The notes beneath the pieces are model-generated. The model was not told where the DNA came from. It did no database searches and saw only the letters and a list, made by a program, of their open reading frames with translations. A stretch of 46,516 nucleotides of DNA from Dirinaria sp. TL-2023a (lineage: Eukaryota), in NCBI GenBank assembly GCA_051941275.1, contig JAVEBF010000001.1, positions 62,001 through 108,516 on the forward strand. The letters are read 5' to 3'. Position numbers and translations under genes: made by a program. Of this stretch, positions 26,423-35,570 are shown one piece after another. Positions within the stretch are counted from its first letter, which is position 1, and the number at the start of each line of letters is the position of its first letter.

Positions 26423-28136
26423 ATGCAAGATCTACTCGACAGGAGTATCGACGCCAATATTTCAGGGGCGTCGAGCTTGAAATCGGAAGAAAATGCTCTT
26501 GGCGGGTTAGGCGTACATGAAGACTTTGACACGGAAGGGATAAGTGCAGAGGAATTAAAGTACTGGGCGCAAATTGCACCGGAGGACCAAAGACTGGCCC
26601 TCGTGGAAGAACCGACTTTCGAAGAGACTATAAATTCAAGAAGTTCCCACCGTGAGAAGTACCAGTCTGCTCGAAATGCGAATGGCTAGCTAATGGAGAT
26701 TGCCTGCAGGGTTAACAAGCGAGCAAGCTGTAGCCCGAGTAGAGCTCTTCGTCCGCAGCCACCACTTTTTCCAGAAAGCCGCAACATCTTTCACAACATC
26801 TGAAAGGCGAAAGTTTGAACGTGATACATACGATTTCGCGCGGTCTATGAGCTTTTCTAAAAGAGATGCCAAGAAGCAAGTCATCAAAGCGCGGCACCTT
26901 TGCGGTGAAGCAGACTATGACAGCGAACAGTCGGCGCTTGGTGGTGAGGTCGATGACCCAGCTGCAGTGACTAATATAAAGTCTACCCAAGCTGGAACAT
27001 TGATCAGTGACCAAGGAAGTACTCGCTCTGATCAGCAAAGCCAAGATCCTGCACACGCTCCATGTAAGGGAATTCCTGCAGGAGACAGATCTCAGAGCTC
27101 TAAAAAGAGGAAGTCTCGCACTGGAAGCGGCTCAGCAACCGCTACGAATGCCAAAAAGAGGAAATGCAGCAATAGAAACGTACATAAGGGCCACGAACTC
27201 TCTTCAACGACCAAGGACTGTCGGTCACATCGAGCAAACAAAGATTTGCTAAATCGACATCACGACCGAAAAGCGGATCTCCGAGGTAACGGAGTAGCTT
27301 CAAAACCTAATATAACTATGACTCGTAACACGGCATTCACCGGACGTAGCCTAGGCGTGGACTCAACGAAAGCCCAATCTCCAGCCAAGTCCAGTGGGAG
27401 AAACGGCATCCAAGGAAGGGTAGAATCCGATCAGAGGGGATCAGATGGTAATTTAAGCTCGCCTCTACTCAACGGTACAGAAGAACCAAAATTAGCGAAG
27501 CATTTAGAGCGCAGGCACAAGCGAAATCTCAGAAGGCAACGCCGCAAAGAACAGCGACTTTCTCAAATGCCTATAAACCAGGCTAGGTCGCCGGCGGGAA
27601 TCGAAGCTGCTTCTCCAGAGGCCTCGTTTGCTGGAAGCAGCTCCAGACCCTCAAACGAAGTGCAATCACTCGAACCCAGAAGTCAAAAGGAAGCGCACGA
27701 AAACTTTGTTCGATCCATGGAGCGTGATCCGGACGAACATGGACGGTTTAGCGGGCGGGAGAAGAAAGCTGGACAGCAGTCCCAAGAAATGACTCCAGTT
27801 TTAAATGCTGAACTACGGGCATTGAACGCTGACACGAGAAAACAACAGATCAATTCATTCAATCAAGGTATTCTGAGGAAAGAATCGAAAGCTCTGAAGG
27901 ATGACATCAAAGATATGAAAGCGGAGCAAGAGGAACTTGAGGAGGACGAGAGAGCCGGTAAGCGGGAGATTGAGAAAAAGGTGGAGGATCTTGAAATTCA
28001 GGGCAAAAGCAAAGAAACTCCTGAAGCTACATTGGAGTTGTCACAACTCAAGCCCAGAAAGCGAAGAAAGAAGTACAAAGGCATTGCCGACTCAGATGAT
28101 GTGGATGTGGATTTTCGCGCTCCGATGATTCCGTAG
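26423..28136 (+). CDS. Basic, largely low-complexity hypothetical protein (ORF1 of the glycosylase locus), exons 26423-26651, 26710-28136, ~551 aa
   Basis: Intron 26652-26709 (GTGAGA..CTAAT..CAG) joins ORFs 26402-26689 and 26700-28136 in phase. Small helical block FVRSHHFF..FTTSERRKFERDTYDFARSMSFSKRDAKKQVIKAR; NLS-like clusters (KKRKSR, KKRK, KPRKRRKKYK); coiled-coil near the C-terminus; ends DVDFRAPMIP*. Confidence 0.8.
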
Positions 28137-28175
28137 GCATGACCGCTGCTGATGAGGGAGCGTCCTTTGATCATC
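28109..28175 (+). other. Candidate -1 programmed ribosomal frameshift signal (G_GAU_UUU + 8-nt spacer + structured RNA)
   Basis: Heptamer 28109-28115 is in the X_XXY_YYZ-like phase of ORF1 (GTG GAT TTT). The -1 frame is open from 28100 to the glycosylase stop at 29578. GAUGAUU 28124-28130 can pair with GAUCAUC 28169-28175. Confidence 0.5.
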
Positions 28176-29578
28176 CACACCTAGTCCTAGTACCCTCGCT
28201 GAGGGAATTGCCAGAGCCAGCCTGCGTCAAGAAACGTAGAGCACCCAAAAATAGTACAAAGGCGAGAGCAAATGAGAATGAGGAAGGTCTAGCAAATAGT
28301 CCGCAAACCCTGGTTTACAAGGACATCGACACCCGCTTTCCTTGGAGCGACTCTGACCTCTCCAGCGCACCATCCAGTCCTGTGCCACCTTCGCCGGTCT
28401 TGGAGAGATATAAGCTTCTCTCTGCCCCCAAAGTATATGCCAAGGATTCCCCTCATCACTCTTCCTCTCCAGCTATCTCCACACCATCGTCCACACCTTC
28501 TACCAAGGCCGCTTCCAAAGCTCGGCTCGTCACTAAGCGCAAGCTCTCTGCGCCCAAAATCTCACCCTACTTCCCCACCCCGCCGACAGCGGTGAAAAGC
28601 AAGACTCCCCGCTCTAAACGACCCGCAGCCTCCTGTATTCCCTTCCCTCCCCTCTCCTCCTCTCGCTTCGGCCTTGTCCAAGAAGCTCTTTCCACCCAAC
28701 CATTCCGTCTCCTCATCGCCGTCATATTCCTCAACAAGACCCGTGGCGCTGTCGCACTCCCCGTCTTCTTCGCGCTGATGGAGCGCTACCCCACCCCTGA
28801 GGCTCTGGCAGAAGCCGAACTGGAAGATATAGTGGGGTTCTTCAGTACGCTAGGGTTGCAAAACCAGCGCGCGAAGAAAGTGCTGGGGTTGGCGAAGGAG
28901 TGGGTAAGCGAGGCACCGAGCCGAGGCCGGCGGTGGCGAAGGAAGGATTACCCCCAGAAACGGGACGGGAGAGACATCCGCGCGGAGGAAGAGCCGATCG
29001 CAGACGACGATGAGGATCCCAGAGTGGCGTGGGAAGTGGGCCGACTTCCTGGAATCGGAGCGTATGGGATCGATTCCTGGCGAATCTTTTGCCGAGATCG
29101 ATTACGTGGTATTGAGGCCCCGATCATGTCTGAGTACGTTTCTCCGTTGCCGAGTACAGCAGACGAGGGTGGGGATACACATGATAATGACAAAAAGGCC
29201 GAGCACGAAATGCGTGAAAAAGAGATGAAGGGCGAGTGGACGCGCGTGCTGCCGCTGGATAAAGAGCTCCGAGCCTATTTGCGCTGGCGGTGGCTTCGGC
29301 TGGGTTGGCAATGGGATCCGCTTACGGGAGAGCGGAGCCGTGCGAGTGAGCAGGTGATGAGGGAAGCGGAGGGCGGCGGTGTCATTGTTGAAGGGGAAGG
29401 TGGTGGGAGAGTGGCGACGATGAGCGAGGAGCCGAAAAGTGGTGAGGACGGAGGCAGTAATAATAAGATATTGAATGAGAACTCCGACCCGGTGACTGGA
29501 ATAGACTGCAGGGAGAAAGGTGGAAAGGTTAATGCCAGTGTAGATACTACAGAGAAGGAACAAGGTATAGTGGAATAG
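28139..29578 (+). CDS. MBD4-like HhH-GPD DNA glycosylase (G:T/G:U mismatch type); possibly expressed only as a fusion with upstream ORF1
   Basis: FGLVQEAL..PFRLLIAVIFLNKTRG..MERYPTPEALAEA..LGLQNQRAK; HhH plus catalytic Asp LPGIGAYGIDSWRIFC (compare MBD4 LHGIGKYGNDSYRIFC); PLDKELRAYLRW. No methyl-binding domain recognised. ATG lies 2 nt after the ORF1 stop. Confidence 0.9.
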   Translation: MTAADEGASFDHPHLVLVPSLRELPEPACVKKRRAPKNSTKARANENEEGLANSPQTLVYKDIDTRFPWSDSDLSSAPSSPVPPSPVLERYKLLSAPKVYAKDSPHHSSSPAISTPSSTPSTKAASKARLVTKRKLSAPKISPYFPTPPTAVKSKTPRSKRPAASCIPFPPLSSSRFGLVQEALSTQPFRLLIAVIFLNKTRGAVALPVFFALMERYPTPEALAEAELEDIVGFFSTLGLQNQRAKKVLGLAKEWVSEAPSRGRRWRRKDYPQKRDGRDIRAEEEPIADDDEDPRVAWEVGRLPGIGAYGIDSWRIFCRDRLRGIEAPIMSEYVSPLPSTADEGGDTHDNDKKAEHEMREKEMKGEWTRVLPLDKELRAYLRWRWLRLGWQWDPLTGERSRASEQVMREAEGGGVIVEGEGGGRVATMSEEPKSGEDGGSNNKILNENSDPVTGIDCREKGGKVNASVDTTEKEQGIVE

Positions 29579-30626
29579 TAGCGAGACTAATAAGCCAAAA
29601 GTGCATGAATGAGGATTGATTGACATATAGTACATAGCAAAGATATCCAAATGTAATAACAACAAGTCACATTAAATTGCTCATCTCCTATTTCCATACT
29701 TCGTGCTAAAACCGTTCTCCATCTCTGACTCCCTACTGCTACCGCGCTCTCAAGAGCGAGCACTATTCTGTGACTACGTTACGCCGTCAACCTCGACGAC
29801 GCCGATGGTCTCCGTATTTGCCTGTCTCTTCATATTTCACTGCCTCTGGTGACACTGCTTCAACAAAGATAAAGATGTGTGCGGTGATCTAATATTTTCC
29901 TGAAAGAAGCGCATCGAACCCACTCTGCATGCGGGTAAAGTGCAACCGAAAGCTTGCTCCGAGTGCGTATAAATGCAGACCCTGAGAGGTGATAGCCTCG
30001 CCCGTTTCGCCAGCCTGAACTGAAGGCCGTCATAACCGCGGAAGCAAGGGGCAGTGAGGAGCTCGAGTCGGATGAAGTGGGAGTGTTTGAGGTTGGGCTT
30101 GTCGAGGCCTTTGCCTTGACCGTGGAGATTTTGGAGGGTAGCGCTGCAGTGGACCGTCTTTGTCGGTGCCGAGGCCTTGGAAGTGGTTGATTGGGGCTTG
30201 TGAAGTCTTGGTGTATCTGTCAACTCGCCAAGGTGGACGTAGGGGACGGACCAAGTAGTAGAGCTTAAGAGCTAGGGCGTGGGGCGGTAGAGGCGGGAGG
30301 TAAAAGCGATTCTTGGTAGTATTCATTGGTTGTCGTTCAGTTATTTCAACGTGGTTTGGAAATTTGAAGTCGGCGTTACTTAATTCATCAATTTCGGTTC
30401 AAGATACTTTGTCTGGCTCTTAAGGAGTGGCGTGGTGAGAAAAGATCCTTCGTGTACTGAGAAAAGGAATCATCTAGTGACAATCCGGTCTTTCCGGGCG
30501 TAAGTCGAGGAGCAAAGGCGTTGTCTTAGAACTCAATGTAGTCCATGCATGAGGCTGCTGAGCGAAAGGCGAAAGCAATTCGTAATTTCGTAATAATTGT
30601 AACGTTTGAAGCGCAAGGCTCTCTGC

Positions 30627-30869
30627 TCAAAGACCGCCGCAACGGGGATAGGGGCTTCTGGATAGCGGAATGTCGATGCTGTCGAAAAGAGCCTGTTTCT
30701 TCGATGGTTTCCGATAATCGTCGTTGACGAGGGTAATGTCTGAATCCCTTCTCGAGGAGTTCTTTGCTGGGGACGGACCAAGTTTAGCCAACTTGCTAGA
30801 TGTGGTCCTAAGCACGCTTCTTAAGCCACCGGTGGGCTTGCTGTTGGAAACGGACGACGAAGCCGTCAT
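30627..30869 (-). CDS. Possible small Ser/basic hypothetical protein, 80 aa
   Basis: ATG in good context (ATCATG); protein-like composition with RRDSDITLV; no homology recognised. Confidence 0.35.
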   Translation of the reverse strand: MTASSSVSNSKPTGGLRSVLRTTSSKLAKLGPSPAKNSSRRDSDITLVNDDYRKPSKKQALFDSIDIPLSRSPYPRCGGL

Positions 30870-32693
30870 GATGCTTCGGAGTAAGGTAGTCGAGCGTTGA
30901 CAGGACAATGAAGAGAAGCTTTACGATCCGGGAAATAGAAGAAGCTAAGGGAAAGGGCTAGGGGTTTTGGCTTGTTCAGAAGACAAGGTATGGAAAATAG
31001 TAAGAAGGTGGAAATGATCCAGCAATATATACATCGAAAACGTCAGCCTTGCCCTGGTGCTATAAGCGCTGACTCTGCAGCAATAGCAAGGTGCATCTAA
31101 GTACATATGTGCATCGGCCATGAGCCTGGCATGACCTAGCTCCAGATCCTCATGTCCAAGGAGAGGAGTCGAGTAGAACTCCCACGTTAAGGTAGGAAGT
31201 AACAAGCGCAGAGAAAAGCATTGGTGAGGATAATCTCCGACGTGGAGAGATGTCTCAAACTACTGCATGTACCGGGTACCCATTGGGTTCAAGGTCGGGG
31301 ATTTTGTTCTTGCGCTCTGCTTCTTCGAAGCAACCTGCATAAAATACATGTGGCTCGAATTCTCCGAGCACAAACTTAATCCACTGATCATGCAAGTGGA
31401 TCTGATTCACAAAGAATTGCATGTGGTTGGTGCGGCAATATCGCATAGTTCCTAAGCGACAGACATACATTACTCGAAACTTCGTCTTGAACGCGCAGCC
31501 AGGTCGTCGCTTAAGCCTCAGCATATGGACAAGTTCGCCTGTCGGACCCTTGTATTCAAAGGCTACCACTCGCTCACGACATCGTGGGGAGTCGTCGCCT
31601 CGTTGCTTTGTTGTAGATACCGTGTTCATGATAGTCCCTCAGAAGCCGGCTTGGCGAATGTCTTGAAAAAAAGTCGATCGTGATCGATATGTGCTCAGAC
31701 ATGCTTCTTGAAGATGCCAAAGGCACTGAGAAGATCCGGTAATTCAACGCTTCCGAATCCAAATTGGTACCATGAAAATGCAAATTGTCCGGCCCCCAAG
31801 ACCATGTTCGCTCCGCGGCGGTTCCCAGAGACCGCAGGCCCCAACCATAGCCAAACAGGTGCAGAAATGATAACCATAGGCTCATCCCAGCGATTTTAAT
31901 CGAAGCGAAGCAAAAGCGACTGCCATATCGTCCATCAACACCTGGATTAATGTTCACAATGATCTGGCTTCGCATTTTCCGTTTTAGCTTTACCTCGAGT
32001 AAGGTAAGGTAGCTTCCTAGATCTAAACCGATCTTGGCTAAAGCAGGCGGGAGAAATTAGTATTCCTAATCAAGCAAGCTCTCTTGGGATGTTGCTGAGG
32101 CGCTGATCTGCCAAGACCGCCAATGGAAATGGGTTTGTTCGTCCTTGCAGTAGAAATAAGCATATCCCTGTCGTTAGCCCAATATGTTCCCGGCGATACA
32201 ATAATAGATGTGGGGAACGGGATTCTCAGACCGTCTTACTACTTCAGCGAAGATGGTTCGATAAGTTCGCTAAACTCTGTCCAGGATTGGAGGAACCCTC
32301 GGGAGTAGAACAATACTACTATCGAAAATGTCAGACGGCGAACAGTTGGGCGCTTTTCTTCGAGCTCTAAAGGCTGATCCTTTGAAGAGCTTCTGTCGAT
32401 CATCAACCCGAGCCGGTGAGTGCAAGATATTGAGTCCATGCCGCAGCCGGCGAAGTGGATAGAGCTCAACCAGTCAAAGAACCGGTGCTGCTAAGCAAAC
32501 GACGTGATAAGTTGGGCAAAACTTCGCGTTGGCTTCATCCACGTTCTCATAGCTTTGTAAGACGATGACTTCACTAGAGAAATATACAAGACTATCGATG
32601 ATCATCCAAGATCATTTCGCATGGACCACGTGTACTTCAGAGTCAACAAGGCTGATACACTGACTTCACGCAATTCATAATTTCTGAATATAA

Positions 32694-33296
32694 TTACACG
32701 TCAGGTTCCGGCGGCAGCCACTCCCACGTCACCTTCGTTCTGCCGACCGATAGGTCTTCCAGTTTCTCAAACGCGCCAGGACTGAGATCGATGTCATGAG
32801 CGGCACAAGCCTCGCAACGATCTACCACTGTCAACACGATGCTCTTGTAGGTCTTGCTCTGACTGTTGAGATGCGTGGCCTTGAGAGTATGCCCGCAAAG
32901 AGGATCCGCATTAGGATTCGCGCCCTTGAGAGCTTGGTCGTAAATGACATGGCTGACGGCGCAGATGTCGTCGTTCTCGTGATTGATATGCCCGCAAGCT
33001 CCAAGGCCTGGCGCATAGAATGTCATGTCGCCTGTGTAGGTGTCGCCATCGGATGAGCCTCCCGGACCCTTTTTGCCGCCTTGCTGGCCATCTCCTTGCT
33101 GGTTGATGCTTGGTTGATCGTTCCTAGAAGCTGTAGCATTAGAATCATTATTCATTGGGCACGACAATACGACAAATTGAGAAGGTTGAATGCCTTACTT
33201 CTTATGTGTCAGGATTTCCACCGGTATAGCAATACCTGCCGCTATGACTAGCAACGCCACACCACCAAATAATAACTTCTGTGTTCTAGTAGGCAT
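32694..33296 (-). CDS. RlpA-like double-psi beta-barrel protein (expansin-related / loosenin / Asp f 7-like) with N-terminal hydrophobic anchor, exons 33296-33199, 33123-32694, ~175 aa
   Basis: GDMTFYAPGLGACG, ICAVSH, NADPLCG, VVDRCEACAAHDIDLSPGAF, VTWEW. Exon 1 MPTRTQKLLFGGVALLVIAAGIAIPVEIL; intron 33124-33198 (GTAAGG..CTAAT..TAG) restores the frame. Confidence 0.88.
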
Positions 33297-34084
33297 CTTG
33301 AGGAATCGCAACAGCACAATTAAATAATCCAGGCATCCAGAAATCCAACAGCGAGCACATGATTATATACTCGTAAGCAAAAAATGAGCAGCAAATGAAA
33401 TGAAAGCCAGTACTCCAAAGCGCAGACTCATAAAGATTTAGTGGCACATCGACAGAGTTGTTTGTTTCGCTGATACAGGGTGTCTAGCGAGTCACAAGAT
33501 GTGGCAGGAGAGAACACTCAGCCAGAAAAGATTTCAAACCAATAATGGATGTAAAAAATGATAGACTCACGCTACCTAGAGGTTTCATCGAAACTATTCA
33601 TCTTGCAAGCAATATCACGAAGTAGAGCACGATGCGGAAAGCCATGAACTAAACAAGTATGTCCCTTCATGGTGTTTGATGTCCTGAACTGGCAAGTGGA
33701 GAAGCCGAGGATCGGACAGATGAGATTCCTTGGTTGGACATTTTGGCTCTATCATCTCAATCCATCATCTCGCTCCATCGCCATGTCAGTGTGCTATTAC
33801 CGTACTCTTCGATTATGGATTCGCAGAAAGACCATCTTATCGCGTCTGACCAATCAGCATTCCGACATTTCTGCTTTTACATATCGTCACGTGCTCAAAG
33901 CCTCGGCTAGAACGCTTCGCCATCATCGACTTCGATCCATATCTCCGTCAAACCTCAATCGCCATAAAGCGTCATTGGCAACTCTGACACTTAAGACTAC
34001 AAACTTAAAGTAGCAGAGCTTATCGTACGCGACGAGGCCCTGCGCGTACCTGCACCTCTGATCGTCCCTCTCTCTCACTCCATA

Positions 34085-35160
34085 ATGGCCTCTCTCCGCC
34101 ACACCACCCGCCGCCTTCTCCCCACCACTTTCCGGCCCTTGAAAACCCCACTTTGTCGCTCCTATGCGACTGTCGAGCCCATATCCGCTGTTGGGGAAGC
34201 AATGAGTGCCTCGCAACCGCCCGTGTCTGAAAAAAAGACGTCCACCATCCCCGAGCCCTCAAAGGACAAAGACTCCAAGATCAAAACCTTTCACGTCTAC
34301 CGCTGGTCGCCTGATTCACCCACGGAAAAACCCCGGATGCAATCATACACATTGGATTTGAATAAGACGGGTCCGATGGTGCTGGACGCATTGATCAGGA
34401 TCAAGAACGAGGTGGACCCGACATTGACCTTCAGAAGGAGTTGTCGAGAGGGTATCTGTGGGAGTTGTGCAATGAATATAGATGGAGTGAATACGCTGGC
34501 TTGCTTATGTATGTCTTGCAGACAGTACCAGTTACTCCATCTCAAAGCTCCCTTGGAGGGGCCTGAATCACTTGGGACACCACTGACCACGATCTGCGGA
34601 AAAATTAGGTCGAATCCCTACAAACACGAATCAAGAGACGAGAATCTATCCTCTGCCCCATACCTACGTTGTCAAGGATCTTGTCCCCGACCTGACGCAA
34701 TTCTACAAGCAATACAAATCTATCAAGCCTTACCTCCAGCGCGAGACGAAATCAGAAGATGTACGTCGCCTTCAACTTAATCTACCACCTCTCTCTCCCC
34801 CTCTCTTCTCAGCTAACACCCTTTTCGCTACTGCAGGGCAAAGAAAACCGCATGTCCCCAGCGGACCGCAAGAAGCTCGACGGGTTGTACGAATGCATCC
34901 TCTGCGCGTGCTGCTCCACGTCCTGCCCGTCCTACTGGTGGAACAGCGAGGAATACCTAGGCCCCGCCGTGCTGCTGCAGTCCTACCGCTGGCTCGCAGA
35001 CAGCAGAGACGAGCACCACGAAGAGCGGAAGAGCATGTTGGATAACAGCATGAGTCTGTATCGCTGCCACACGATCATGAATTGCAGCCGGACGTGTCCG
35101 AAGGGGTTGAACCCAGGGAAGGCGATCCAAGAGATTAAAAAGAGCATGGCGCTTTCGTGA
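34085..35160 (+). CDS. sdhB: Succinate dehydrogenase iron-sulfur subunit (complex II), exons 34085-34508, 34609-34760, 34837-35160, 299 aa
   Basis: Arg-rich mitochondrial presequence; [22 protein letters not shown] (2Fe-2S), [39 protein letters not shown]; introns 34509-34608 and 34761-34836 are canonical. Confidence 0.99.
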
Positions 35161-35570
35161 CGAAGATACGATAAAACGCAAATTTCTTCGAAGGGCGAGG
35201 GTGTCTGAGAGCGGGTTTGGAAGGGAAACGTCAGGAGGGGAGACTACGTTTGTTTTGTACATAGTATGGAGGTGGTAAGTTTTGGTCAATTAAAGCATGG
35301 TATGATGAATGGAACACTGATTCCTCATTCTGAACATCGTTATGGAAGACAAAGTTTGCCAGAATTTAAATTTGTGACATAAGCTCCTCCACGATGCCGC
35401 GGATCTTTCGTGTGAAACATGTTGAAAATCAGTGAGACAAACCATCGAGGCCCTCGTAGGTGCTAGCGATTAAATACCGATTCCAGAAAAACAATGCAGT
35501 CGCTATTCGGTCTCGAGACTTCCCTGGACTGGGAAAAAGAAAAGAGGAAAAAGTGTAATGAGACCCCGTG

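Noticed and set aside
28134..28136. Stop-codon readthrough or A-to-I editing of the ORF1 TAG
   Set aside because: The glycosylase is in a different frame, so recoding the TAG alone cannot reach it.
28133..28190. Short intron from GTAGGC (28133) to CTAG (28184/28190) as a trivial fix for the ORF1/glycosylase frame break
   Set aside because: The donor is phase 2 but those acceptors need phase 1, so splicing would not enter the glycosylase frame. Only a poor GAG acceptor at 28203 fits.
29837..31975. Minus-strand ORF fragments 29837-30326 and 31255-31975
   Set aside because: Possibly decayed or small genes, but I found no recognisable motif or consistent exon chain.
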